Translations under genes and position numbers: made by a program | Notes under the pieces: model-generated | What the model was told of the DNA's origin: nothing | Seen by the model: only the letters and a program-made list of their open reading frames with translations | The model's database searches: none | Shown here: one piece after another, positions 18,835 to 28,069 of the stretch | How positions within the stretch are numbered: the stretch's first letter is position 1 | Layout: each line of letters begins with the position of its first letter | Source of the DNA: a virus | Lineage: Duplodnaviria > Caudoviricetes | Direction: 5' to 3' (one strand) | DNA length: 64,000 bases | Virus record (IMG/VR): IMGVR_UViG_3300050343_000159

Positions 18835-19177
18835 ATGAACGGATCACTGGACCCAGAAGAAAGAGTTATGGAACCACCTCACTGTAAACGAACAGGTTGC
18901 CTTTATCGCTCAAAAATATGGGTGGGAAGAAGGTGACGAAATTGTAGTTGAAATGGCAGGTACTCAAGTATCTGGCATCGATGTTGGTGAAGTGTATAAC
19001 AAGAAGTGGCAGTCACCTATTGGTACTCGAAAGTACAACAAAGATGCGTTTATCATTATTAGTAATCAATCCCGTAGAGATTTGACTAGATCTCAACCTA
19101 TGGATAGGGAACATAAACCCCAACACCCATACACTCCCCCATCTCTAAATATTTCTGAAGAAAAGAAAACAAAATGA
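18835..19177 (+). CDS. Conserved hypothetical protein (indel near 18885)
   Basis: MNGSLDPEERVM...VEMAGTQVSGIDVGEVYNKKWQSPIGTRKYNKDAFI. Confidence 0.5.
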
Positions 19178-19368
19178 GTTTCCCATTCAATCATGTTGTT
19201 CTTGAGGATCGTAAAGAAGTTTGGATCAAAGGTGGGTATCCTGGGTGTATGGCAGTACCAAGGTTGATGGAAAAGTTTTATCCTGGATATGAAGCCAAGT
19301 TGGCTAAGAATGAATTTATTGAGAAACTCAAAAAAGATTACACATTGAGGGCTACATTAGATGCCTGA
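19174..19368 (+). CDS. Small hypothetical protein
   Basis: 64-aa ORF, coupled start/stop. Confidence 0.5.
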   Translation: MSFPFNHVVLEDRKEVWIKGGYPGCMAVPRLMEKFYPGYEAKLAKNEFIEKLKKDYTLRATLDA

Positions 19369-19458
19369 TCACAGTATTCGCCCTCTACTTGAACAGGTAG
19401 GGGGTTTTACTATTACAATATTGATGTTTCTAGTTCCTATTTTAATTTTAATTTTACT

Positions 19459-19710
19459 ATGACTTTCCTTGTATTCTCTAAAGACGGTTGCCCTTACTGT
19501 ACTAAAGTTGCACAGGCACTTAAGCTCGCTGAAATGAAGCATGTCATATATAAACTTAACCAAGACTACACTCGACAAGAATTTTACAAAACATTTGGAG
19601 ATGGTTCTACCTTCCCACAGGTTAGAGTATTCACTGAAGAAGAAGGTGAAAGAACTATTGGTGGTTGTAGTGAAACGGTTAAGTATCTACGAGAAAACAA
19701 ACTGATCTAA
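19459..19710 (+). CDS. nrdC: Glutaredoxin
   Basis: CPYC active site, STFPQV, IGGC. Confidence 0.9.
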   Translation: MTFLVFSKDGCPYCTKVAQALKLAEMKHVIYKLNQDYTRQEFYKTFGDGSTFPQVRVFTEEEGERTIGGCSETVKYLRENKLI

Positions 19711-20067
19711 TGGACAACACCTGGGAACTTCTAAACATTGTTGAGAGGACAATTGATAGTGCATTCCAAGGCAAACAGATGCTCAACATGTATGAGTATC
19801 TGAAAGTCTATCAAAGCAACTAAGAGAGATGCTACTGAATTTATTGATAGTTCTGTAGCCAGAGAGATTCAACTTCTTGTTATGGATCTTGAGGATTATC
19901 TTGAAGGTGGTAATGATGAACAACACAAACAACTGAGAGAAGGTTATGGTCATCTGGGCAAACCCGAAGCCAGAAAGATAAAAGATTATCTCTATTCTAT
20001 ACTAGAGGATGCATGGAAATATGAGCAAGAAAAAAGACCAGGAAGAAGGAGGAAAGCTTCTAAATAA
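19710..20067 (+). CDS. Conserved cyanophage hypothetical protein (indel near 19810)
   Basis: MDNTWELLNIVERTID...LREGYGHLGKPEARKIKDYL...RPGRRRK. Confidence 0.55.
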
Positions 20068-20254
20068 CAAAACAAGTAACCTACCATCAGAGATAGATAG
20101 AGGTGTTGAGTTACTATTAAGAAATAAAAAAGGGAGGGTTGGATCAAAAACTTTTCAGATTAAATTTGATAAGATGATTTCTCTCTTCAAAAGAGAGTTC
20201 CACTTGAATATCGATTTTAGTTTCGATATAAAGAAGAAACCCTAGGAGGTTAAG

Positions 20255-20479
20255 ATGTTAGCAGTTACTCTCACGTTCTCAGCATTGTTTTCAGTCATGT
20301 TCCTTGTGTTAGGAACAGTACTTGGTTGGTTAGCTAAAGACTATGTACTACAAAGAGACTCTAAGTACATTCCACTTCACCCTGAGATGTTTGATGAGAA
20401 TGGACAAGTTATCCCTGATGAAGTATTGGCAGTAAGGTTTGAGAATGATATGCTTGATCCCGATGATCCTTTGAACTAA
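20255..20479 (+). CDS. DUF2973-like membrane protein
   Basis: TM segment followed by HPEMFDENGQVIPDEVLAVRF. Confidence 0.55.
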   Translation: MLAVTLTFSALFSVMFLVLGTVLGWLAKDYVLQRDSKYIPLHPEMFDENGQVIPDEVLAVRFENDMLDPDDPLN

Positions 20480-20520
20480 CTCAATAAATACGATATACTG
20501 AAACGAGAAAGAAAATTACT

Positions 20521-20979
20521 ATGGCTACATCAACAAAACTCCCACCTAATGCTTTTGTGCATGAGATTCTTGCACATGTATCTAAACAAAAAAGTGTTGC
20601 AAAGAAAGTAGAAGCACTGCAAGAGTATCGTAATGATGCTCTTACTGCAGTTTTGATTTGGAACTTTGACGATACTGTTTATAGTCTTCTCCCTGAAGGT
20701 GAGGTTCCCTTTAACAAGAATGAAGTACCTGTAGGGACTGACCACACCTCCCTGAGAAGGGAGTGGAAGAACCTCTACCACTTTATCAAGGGTGGTAACG
20801 ACAAACTCTCCAAGACCCGTAGAGAGTCCATGTTCATTCAGATGTTGGAAGGTCTTCACCCAGAAGAGGCAGGTGTCATTTGTCTGGTGAAGGATAAGAA
20901 CCTTGGGACAAAATACAAACTGACCAAAGACCACGTAGCTAAAGCCTTTCCTGATATAGTATGGGGAGGTAGATCGTAA
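20521..20979 (+). CDS. Conserved T4-like hypothetical protein
   Basis: LPEGEVPF, FIKGGND, RRESMFIQMLEGLHPEEA. Confidence 0.65.
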   Translation: MATSTKLPPNAFVHEILAHVSKQKSVAKKVEALQEYRNDALTAVLIWNFDDTVYSLLPEGEVPFNKNEVPVGTDHTSLRREWKNLYHFIKGGNDKLSKTRRESMFIQMLEGLHPEEAGVICLVKDKNLGTKYKLTKDHVAKAFPDIVWGGRS

Positions 20980-20984
20980 ATCCT

Positions 20985-21236
20985 ATGAAAATCGTTCACG
21001 AAAACTGTGATCTTGAAAAGTGTAACAACATCAAGTTACCAAACACTGCTTATGTTGTGACTTACAAGGTCGATGGTAAAGAGTGTAATGACATTACCAT
21101 CTCACAGAAACAGGTTGAGATCTTTGACCAGTATTATGACAAGTATAAGAAAGATCTAATTAAAATTGTTCAATCAAAAGGAACAGCAAATCCAAAACTA
21201 TGGAAAGGAGTGGAGAAAGATGTCAAAGGGGTTTGA
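20985..21236 (+). CDS. Hypothetical protein
   Basis: 83-aa ORF in the operon. Confidence 0.55.
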   Translation: MKIVHENCDLEKCNNIKLPNTAYVVTYKVDGKECNDITISQKQVEIFDQYYDKYKKDLIKIVQSKGTANPKLWKGVEKDVKGV

Positions 21237-21725
21237 TATTAACTTCGAAGGTCTTGATATGAGCCAAGAGGTGTTCAAGAACTTGTCAAGAAGTATAAGA
21301 AGATCAAGAAGTATCAGAAGTCTTCACTGTTTGCGGTGAAGACTATGGATGGTACAGAAGAGATCGTTTCTAAGATGGTAGAGGAAGCCCGTGAAGGAGG
21401 GTTCTAATCCTGTTGATGTCCTCAGGTTGATATCAGAACTTGAGGGTAGTTCACAAATGCTCAATACTATTGGAATGTTATGATGACAAAGAAACGATCG
21501 ACGAAATCAAAAAGAGGTTTTACAGAATTTACTTCGACCTCAAACGATCCCTACGACAGACACAAGTATAGGATGAGGTTTGTTGATACGGATAAAGCTA
21601 TTATCTTTGATGACTATGAAACTATGAGAGTATTTTGGTTTCAACACGCTGGTATGAAAAGACCTTGTGTTGTTGATGTAATCGATTAAACTTTGTTAAA
21701 TAAATATTCGAAAGGTTAGTAGAAT

Positions 21726-22040
21726 ATGCTATCGACCAAGTATCGGCTTCGGCTTGAATTTATCTGTAAGTGTATTGCTAGTGGTGAGGAAGTAAAACTA
21801 GATGATATGGTTTGGGCACAGAAACTTGCTAAAGCAAATACATCTGCTAATGAGATGTTAAAGAAAGCAAGACGACAATCTTCTCAAGATATTGAAGAAG
21901 GTAGTACCGACGATTTTCTGAATAGGATGGGTTTAGGAGACCCCGATCCATCCAATCATAAAACGGGGTTTAGTAGTGCTGATGATATCAAGGACTGGTT
22001 TAAACAAGACAAACCTAAGGATTGGAGACAGAGGGACTAA
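21726..22040 (+). CDS. Conserved hypothetical protein
   Basis: MLSTKYRLRLEFICKCIA...FKQDKPKDWRQRD; late-like box AATAAATA upstream. Confidence 0.6.
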   Translation: MLSTKYRLRLEFICKCIASGEEVKLDDMVWAQKLAKANTSANEMLKKARRQSSQDIEEGSTDDFLNRMGLGDPDPSNHKTGFSSADDIKDWFKQDKPKDWRQRD

Positions 22041-22273
22041 TGCAATCAGTAATCTATTCGAATAAAAGTCAAGAGTGTGAGAGAGCTATCATGCTTCTTT
22101 CAAATGTCCATGAAGATTTTCATGAGTATATTCTAGATGAAGACTTTACTGACAAACAATTTCATGCAGAGTTCGGTGATACAGCAGAGTATCCACAGAT
22201 TTCTATTGGGCTGAAACACAGAGGTGGATTGAAAGAAACCCTTCAGTTCATGAAAGATAACAATATGTTCTAA
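22040..22273 (+). CDS. Degenerate glutaredoxin-like protein
   Basis: YPQISIG..HRGGLKET thioredoxin-fold tail; only one Cys (SQEC). Confidence 0.5.
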   Translation: MQSVIYSNKSQECERAIMLLSNVHEDFHEYILDEDFTDKQFHAEFGDTAEYPQISIGLKHRGGLKETLQFMKDNNMF

Positions 22274-22275
22274 CC

Positions 22276-22305
22276 TTGACATAAATAGTGTAGAAGTGTT
22301 ATAAT
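22276..22305 (+). promoter_or_regulatory. Sigma70 promoter with an embedded late box, driving the riboswitch locus
   Basis: TTGACA (22276-81), 18-nt spacer, TATAAT (22300-05); CATAAATA at 22280-87. Confidence 0.75.
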
Positions 22306-22312
22306 AACACTG

Positions 22313-22543
22313 TCGTTCATCAGAGGTAACTCTGACGCAAGTAAGTTGACTCGGAACGGAGCGTTCATCCTATGGTTGATTTCTTTTTATATACAACACT
22401 CAGTTGTTCTGATGCCGATAGCATTATGCTACGGATGAGGAGTAATGATGATCTTAACGCTCAAGTTAGGATTGAATTGGTGGAGGTTCTAAAAGAATCT
22501 ACACCAGAGTGTCCATGGGACGCAAAAGGCAACTGAAGGAACG
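22313..22543 (+). ncRNA. glnA-type glutamine riboswitch element (tandem or nested architecture)
   Basis: CGTTC/GAACG P1 strands and GACGCAA junction each occur twice; P2 TCAGAG-GTAA-CTCTGA; AGTA...GAAGGAACG E-loop halves. Confidence 0.7.
22372..22536 (+). CDS. 54-aa ORF nested inside the riboswitch
   Basis: MVDFFLYTTLSCSDADSIMLRMRSNDDLNAQVRIELVEVLKESTPECPWDAKGN*; GGAG RBS at 22358-61. Confidence 0.65.
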   Translation: MVDFFLYTTLSCSDADSIMLRMRSNDDLNAQVRIELVEVLKESTPECPWDAKGN

Positions 22544-22577
22544 GGGCCTAAAAATCCAACTACTTCAGGAGTATCAA

Positions 22578-22712
22578 ATGAAAGTCACGTATCGTGGTGT
22601 GTCGTATGACACAGTTGAGTATCAGAACAGACCCCAAGTTACCAAAAAAGTAACTGAAGTCTATCGTGGTATCAATCACACCGAAACTGTAAAAGTGGAG
22701 GTATCAAAATGA
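22578..22712 (+). CDS. DUF4278-family small protein (GifB/IF17-related motif)
   Basis: MKVTYRGVSYD and a second YRGINH repeat; AGGAG RBS at 22567-71. Confidence 0.75.
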   Translation: MKVTYRGVSYDTVEYQNRPQVTKKVTEVYRGINHTETVKVEVSK

Positions 22713-22816
22713 ATATACTTGCCATCGAGCAAAGAAAGATTCTCAAGAAAAAAGCTATCAAGGTAGCTCAACTTGAGTTGACTAAGAAAACACTTGTTTG
22801 TTCTAACAACAAGTGA
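22709..22816 (+). CDS. 35-aa basic peptide
   Basis: MNILAIEQRKILKKKAIKVAQLELTKKTLVCSNNK*; GGAGG RBS, ATGA overlap with the DUF4278 gene. Confidence 0.55.
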   Translation: MNILAIEQRKILKKKAIKVAQLELTKKTLVCSNNK

Positions 22817-22823
22817 TATAATT

Positions 22824-22848
22824 AAGGGAGGTAATACTCCCTTTTTTT
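22824..22848 (+). terminator. Terminator closing the riboswitch operon
   Basis: AAGGGAG-GTAATA-CTCCCTT followed by a T-run. Confidence 0.8.
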
Positions 22849-22849
22849 A

Positions 22850-23011
22850 ATGGAAAAAGATAAACTCAAACTAATAACCAGAAACCTAAGACTGTTGGTA
22901 GATGCGCTGGAGTCTGAAGTTTATTCTGATGTAAAGGCTTATACTGAACGAATGGAAGAGACACTTCCTCCTCTCCCAGATTATGATGAGGTATTTGAAG
23001 ATGATGAATGA
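22850..23011 (+). CDS. Small conserved hypothetical protein
   Basis: MEKDKLKLITRNLRLLVDALESEVYSDV...DYDEVFEDDE*. Confidence 0.6.
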   Translation: MEKDKLKLITRNLRLLVDALESEVYSDVKAYTERMEETLPPLPDYDEVFEDDE

Positions 23012-23216
23012 TTGGAGATACACCGATGAAAGAATGAAACTAAGGGGTGTTTGCTTATCGATTCTTCTAAATAAGTATGGTGGAGCAAGGATTGAAGAAG
23101 CCTCCTACTCAACCAAAGATATTTACGAATGCGTTGATACCTGGGTCAGTCAAGGGAATAAAATCTCTCATGGTATCGAACCTTACTTTAAGACTTATTT
23201 TTCTAACACCACTTAA
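23004..23216 (+). CDS. Small hypothetical protein
   Basis: MNDWRYTDERMKLR...IYECVDTWV. Confidence 0.55.
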   Translation: MNDWRYTDERMKLRGVCLSILLNKYGGARIEEASYSTKDIYECVDTWVSQGNKISHGIEPYFKTYFSNTT

Positions 23217-23392
23217 TGTATACATTTACTAATTACGAAAGAGCTTTAAGACAATTTAGTATTCAAGTTGAATACATATGTGCAGCGGAGATGGCTGGTA
23301 AGATTGATTCTGAGGAAGCATACCAACGAATCAAGACCCAACTTAAGACAGTCAAGAAAGTTAGAAAGTCTGTTAGAACAGGCGTACAATAA
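23216..23392 (+). CDS. Small hypothetical protein (58 aa)
   Basis: MYTFTNYERAL...ICAAEMAGKIDSEEAYQRIK. Confidence 0.55.
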   Translation: MYTFTNYERALRQFSIQVEYICAAEMAGKIDSEEAYQRIKTQLKTVKKVRKSVRTGVQ

Positions 23393-23456
23393 GAGTCATT
23401 CTGAATATCCAAACTCGATATTCTTTGTTTAATACCGTGAGTGGAAAGAAACCCTA

Positions 23457-24110
23457 ATGGATCAATCAGAACAGATGAAACCCGGAGCTAAACTGGTATC
23501 AGTTACACCTGATGCTGAAAAACATATAGCATTCTGTGCTAGGGTGAGTAATCCAAACAACCAGGACAACGAAAAGTTTTCTGGCCTACTAAAGTATTGT
23601 ATCAAGAATCAACACTGGAGTATTTTTGAACAGGCGTTCATGACTCTAGAGATCACAACCAACAGGGGTATCGCAGCTCAAATCCTGCGCCACCGTTCGT
23701 TCACTTTCCAGGAGTTCTCACAGAGGTATGCCTCTACAGATTTCCTAGGTGAGATTGAACTGCCTGAACTTCGTCGTCAGGATGATAAGAATAGACAGAA
23801 TAGTATTGATGATCTTGATCCTGAACTCATTGATAAACTTGAGAGACAGATGGTAACTCTCTTTAGTTCTGCCAACTCTCTGTATCAACAGATGTTGTCA
23901 GCAGGTGTTGCTAAGGAGTGTGCACGCTTTGTGTTACCTCTCGCAACACCAACTAAAATCTACATGACAGGCTCAATTCGCAGTTGGTTACATTATATTG
24001 ATCTGAGATCTTCCAATGGAACTCAGAAAGAACATATGGATATTGCCAACAACTGTAAAGAGATCTTTGTAGAACAGTTCCCATCTATTGCAGAAGCTAT
24101 GGAATGGTGA
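23457..24110 (+). CDS. thyX: Flavin-dependent thymidylate synthase
   Basis: HWSIFEQA, RHRSFTFQEFSQRY ThyX motif, ECARFVLP. Confidence 0.95.
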   Translation: MDQSEQMKPGAKLVSVTPDAEKHIAFCARVSNPNNQDNEKFSGLLKYCIKNQHWSIFEQAFMTLEITTNRGIAAQILRHRSFTFQEFSQRYASTDFLGEIELPELRRQDDKNRQNSIDDLDPELIDKLERQMVTLFSSANSLYQQMLSAGVAKECARFVLPLATPTKIYMTGSIRSWLHYIDLRSSNGTQKEHMDIANNCKEIFVEQFPSIAEAMEW

Positions 24111-24141
24111 TACATAAATATACACACTGAAAACGGATATT

Positions 24142-24387
24142 ATGGCAAAGTATGATGTGGTAAACACAGATACTGGGGAAACTAAGATCATTGACGTTAG
24201 TGTTCATGAGATTACCCAGTGGTATGAAGACAACCCTGAGTGGAGAAGGGATTGGTCTCAAGGAGCAGCACCATCGATTGGTATGGTTGGAGAAGTTTAT
24301 GATAAACTTAAGAAGACTCATCCAGGTTGGAATGATGTTCTTCATAAAGCATCTAAAGCTCCCAAGTCAATTGTCAAACCTATTTGA
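24142..24387 (+). CDS. Conserved T4-like hypothetical protein
   Basis: MAKYDVVNTDTGE...PGWNDVLHKASKAP. Confidence 0.6.
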   Translation: MAKYDVVNTDTGETKIIDVSVHEITQWYEDNPEWRRDWSQGAAPSIGMVGEVYDKLKKTHPGWNDVLHKASKAPKSIVKPI

Positions 24388-24392
24388 ATCAC

Positions 24393-25152
24393 ATGCCTAG
24401 AAAGAGTAAGTCCGGTATTGGTACGAACCCTGTCCCCTTTGGTACAAGTAATAGGGCAATGAAAAGAAAGAAACCAATCAATTTAGATTACATTAAAAAG
24501 ATTGAACCTCTCACTGAGAACCAACAAAAGTTCTTTGAAGAGTACAAAAGATCAGAACTTGGTTGCATATGGTGTAGCTGGTACAGGTAAAACCTTTATC
24601 ACCCTTTACAACGCTCTTCTGGATGTCCTAGATCCTAAGACACCCTATGACAAGATCTACATCGTCAGGTCTCTTGTGGCTACCCGAGAGATTGGGTTCC
24701 TTCCTGGCGATCATGAAGATAAATCATCTTTGTATCAGATTCCATACAAGAACATGGTAAAATACATGTTCGAGATGCCAGATGACAACTCCTTTGAAAT
24801 GTTGTATGCTAACCTCAAGGCACAAGGAACTATTAGTTTCTGGAGTACATCATTCATTCGTGGTACCACGTTTGATAATGCCATCTTGATTATTGACGAG
24901 TTCCAGAACTTGAATTTTCACGAACTTGACAGTATCATTACTAGGGTAGGTGAGAGTTCTAAGATCTTCTTCTGTGGAGATGCCACTCAGTCTGACTTGA
25001 CTAAGACAGCTGAGAAGAATGGTATTGTTGACTTCATGTCTATCATCAAGAACATGCCTTCGTTTGCTACGATTGAGTTCCAGGCAGAGGACATCTGTAG
25101 AAGTGGATTGGTTAAGGAATACATCATTGCAAAACTTGAATTAGGTCTTTAA
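24393..25152 (+). CDS. phoH: PhoH-family ATPase (indel near 24555)
   Basis: GVAGTGKT Walker A, IGFLPG, IIDEFQN, GDATQSD. Confidence 0.92.
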
Positions 25153-25829
25153 TGTTTACACATAGTGATGTACCTTTCGTTCCCATTGAACGAGAGACGA
25201 TTGATGGAGTTCGTTACTACAAAGTATTCGGAACAGAAGAACTAGTAAAGATGCCTTCGATCACTTCTGTGATTAGTTGGAGAAATCGTAACAAGTTTAA
25301 AGCCTGGAGAAAGAAAGTTGGTGAGACTGTTGCCAACAACATCACTCGTAAGGCCACACATCGTGGTACTGATGCTCACACATTGATTGAAGAGTATCTG
25401 AATAACTCAGAGACCTTCTCTGATGTTCTTCCTCTATCTCAGTTCCTATTCAAACAGGCTAAACCTGAACTGAATAAGATTGATAACATTCTTTGTCAAG
25501 AGACGGCACTTTACAGTACCCAACTTGGTATTGCTGGTAGTGTTGATTGTATTGCTGAGTTTGATGGTGAGTTGGCAGTGATTGACTTTAAAACATCAGC
25601 TAAACCCAAACCACGGGAGTGGATTGAAGACTACTTTGTCCAGTGTGCAGCATACGCTTGTATGTTGTATGAGATGAAGGGTATAATGGTTAAGAAGTTT
25701 GTCATTATCATGACATGTGAAGACGGTGAATGTGTAGTCTATGAAGAACGAGACAAGAAAAAGTACATCAACCTTCTCTCCGAGTATATTAGAGAGTTTG
25801 TTGAATCTAAATTACAGGAATATGCTTAA
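25152..25829 (+). CDS. PD-(D/E)XK exonuclease (Cas4-like phage exonuclease)
   Basis: PSITSVI, RGT..H, AGSVDC, IDFKTS, YFVQ..AYA. Confidence 0.85.
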   Translation: MFTHSDVPFVPIERETIDGVRYYKVFGTEELVKMPSITSVISWRNRNKFKAWRKKVGETVANNITRKATHRGTDAHTLIEEYLNNSETFSDVLPLSQFLFKQAKPELNKIDNILCQETALYSTQLGIAGSVDCIAEFDGELAVIDFKTSAKPKPREWIEDYFVQCAAYACMLYEMKGIMVKKFVIIMTCEDGECVVYEERDKKKYINLLSEYIREFVESKLQEYA

Positions 25830-26091
25830 TCCTGAAGAGAAGAAACTAAACGAAATCTTTGAGAGCAAGTTCTATTGTCCTCAGAGATTTGCCGAAGAGA
25901 TCGAGAAGTTAGTTCACAACTCAAAGGAGATGAAGTATGTTGATGCTATCATTCACTTTTGTGAAGAGAACAACTTGGATGTAGAATCAGTTCCCAAACT
26001 GATATCCAAACCATTGAAAGAGAAGATCAAGGTGGAAGCCATGGAAAACAATCTTCTCAAGCGTACATCACATGCTAAACTCCCATTATGA
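25822..26091 (+). CDS. gp33 late-transcription coactivator
   Basis: YVDAIIHFCEENNLDVESVPKLISKPLKEKI; synteny before gp59. Confidence 0.85.
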   Translation: MLNPEEKKLNEIFESKFYCPQRFAEEIEKLVHNSKEMKYVDAIIHFCEENNLDVESVPKLISKPLKEKIKVEAMENNLLKRTSHAKLPL

Positions 26092-26693
26092 TTCCTAAAG
26101 TGACAGACTACGAAGTTTATAAAACATACCTTGGTATATCAAGACACTTTACAAGTGAGTCTTATGACTATCAAAAGTATCAAGGTAAAGTGAGATGTAG
26201 TCTGAATAGCTTTTACAAAAACAAACAGAGGTTCTGGTTCGAGAAACTCTCTAGGAAGTATGATGATCAGGAGATAAAAGAATTATTCATCTCCAACTAT
26301 GCCTTGTCTGATGATAACTCTAAGATTTGGATTGGTAACTTGGTAAGAGAAGGTGAGACTCTCTATCAAGAGTGGAAGAAGCAACAACAAAGTATGAGTT
26401 ATCTTTTCAGAGAGGAGTGTGAAAAGATATTTGATGACAATAAGATTGATGATGTATTTGATTGTGCCAAGGGACATCCTATCATCCTGAAGAAACACCT
26501 TAGTAAGGAAGTCTCTCTTGAAACTTTGATCATCTGTGATAGAATACTCTCATATAAGAACAGGTTTGATGGTTCTCTCAAAGATCCTGTATGGGAATCA
26601 GTGAGTATGAAGATGAAAAAGTACTCACCATTTATGAATATAGATACATTTAAGTACAAAAAGATTTTAAAAGAAGTTGTATTAGGAAGATGA
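26088..26693 (+). CDS. gp59 helicase loader
   Basis: YKTYLGISRHFT...YDY.KY.GK; VSLETL; synteny. Confidence 0.88.
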   Translation: MIPKVTDYEVYKTYLGISRHFTSESYDYQKYQGKVRCSLNSFYKNKQRFWFEKLSRKYDDQEIKELFISNYALSDDNSKIWIGNLVREGETLYQEWKKQQQSMSYLFREECEKIFDDNKIDDVFDCAKGHPIILKKHLSKEVSLETLIICDRILSYKNRFDGSLKDPVWESVSMKMKKYSPFMNIDTFKYKKILKEVVLGR

Positions 26694-27022
26694 GTTTTTT
26701 CAATTCAGAGTTTGTTCAGGAAGAATTAAAAGAGATCTCTACCCTACAAGAAGAGATCTATGAGAAGATGTATGCCTTCTCTGATATGAATAAGGAAGAT
26801 AAACTCTATCATGTTGAAGTATTGGAAAAACTTCTGACTAAACAAAGGATCCTATATACTAGGATGAGTTTGTCTGATGATCCTGATGCAAAGAGCATGA
26901 AGGAAACTATCATGAGTCAAGCAGTAATGTTGGGGTTCCCACCTAACACAGACATTTCATATGTGTTTGCTAACATGACAGGTATTATTACCAACATGAA
27001 GAAGGCAATCGCTGAAAGTTAG
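26690..27022 (+). CDS. DUF1825-like conserved cyanophage protein
   Basis: MSFFNSEFVQEEL...YTRMSLSDDP. Confidence 0.6.
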   Translation: MSFFNSEFVQEELKEISTLQEEIYEKMYAFSDMNKEDKLYHVEVLEKLLTKQRILYTRMSLSDDPDAKSMKETIMSQAVMLGFPPNTDISYVFANMTGIITNMKKAIAES

Positions 27023-27096
27023 ACTATAATAATACTGGGCTGGACGATCCCTAAGCTAAGTCACACAAGCCAAATACAAAACATACGAGGTACAAA

Positions 27097-28044
27097 ATGG
27101 GTTTCGGAGACCTGAAGAAGCAGTCTTCTCTTGGTAGTCTTACTGCCAAACTTGTTAAAGAAGTAGAGAAGCAAAATGGAGGTGGCCAAGGCGGAGCTGA
27201 TGAACGCCTATGGAAACCAGTCATGGATAAGAGTGGTAACGGTTACGCCGTCATTCGATTCCTCCCAGCACCTGATGGAGAAGATCTCCCTTGGGCAAAG
27301 ATGTTCTCTCATGCCTTCCAAGGAAACGGTGGATGGTATATCGAGAACTCACTCACCACTATCGGACAGAAAGACCCTCTGGGTGAACTGAACCGTGAAC
27401 TGTGGAACAGTGGTAATGATTCTGATAAGGACACAGTTCGTAAACAGAAACGTAAACTCTCCTTCTACGCCAACATTTATGTTGTCAAAGATCCTGCTAA
27501 TCCTCAGAATGAGGGTGGAGTATTCCTCTACAAGTTCGGTAAGAAGATCTTTGATAAGATCATGGAAGCAATGCAACCTGAGTTTGAAGATGAAGAGGCA
27601 ATCAATCCCTTCGACTTCTGGCAAGGAGCAAACTTCAAACTGAAACTGAAGAAGGTTGCTGGTTATTGGAACTATGATTCCAGTGAGTTCGCAAACGTTG
27701 GTCCACTCTTGGACGACGATGATGCTATGGAAGCCATCTGGAAGAAAGAGTATTCACTTTCTGCCTTGGTTGCACCAGATCAATTTAAATCCTATGATGA
27801 TCTGAAGAAGCGTCTTGATAATGTATTAGGTACAACATCAACACGTCAAGCAGCACAAGAAACACAGTATGATAACTACCAAGCAACAGAACAGAAGCGA
27901 GTCACAGAAGAGGAGGTCATGCAGAAGCTTGAAGACTCTTATCAGGCAGCCAAGTCAACACCCACTGCTAGTGTCAGCAATACTAGTGACGGAGATGACG
28001 AGGAAGATCCTATGAGCTACTTCTCTAAGTTGGCTGATAGTTAA
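27097..28044 (+). CDS. gp32 single-stranded DNA-binding protein
   Basis: DERLWKP..DKSGNGYAVIRFLP, YKFGKKIFDKI, acidic C-terminal tail. Confidence 0.95.
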   Translation: MGFGDLKKQSSLGSLTAKLVKEVEKQNGGGQGGADERLWKPVMDKSGNGYAVIRFLPAPDGEDLPWAKMFSHAFQGNGGWYIENSLTTIGQKDPLGELNRELWNSGNDSDKDTVRKQKRKLSFYANIYVVKDPANPQNEGGVFLYKFGKKIFDKIMEAMQPEFEDEEAINPFDFWQGANFKLKLKKVAGYWNYDSSEFANVGPLLDDDDAMEAIWKKEYSLSALVAPDQFKSYDDLKKRLDNVLGTTSTRQAAQETQYDNYQATEQKRVTEEEVMQKLEDSYQAAKSTPTASVSNTSDGDDEEDPMSYFSKLADS

Positions 28045-28069
28045 ACCAAAATCAACTATTGATTTCATT

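Noticed and set aside
25152-25829. Cas4-like gene as part of a CRISPR system
   Set aside because: There are no other cas genes or repeat-spacer array; this is the usual T4-like exonuclease between phoH and gp33
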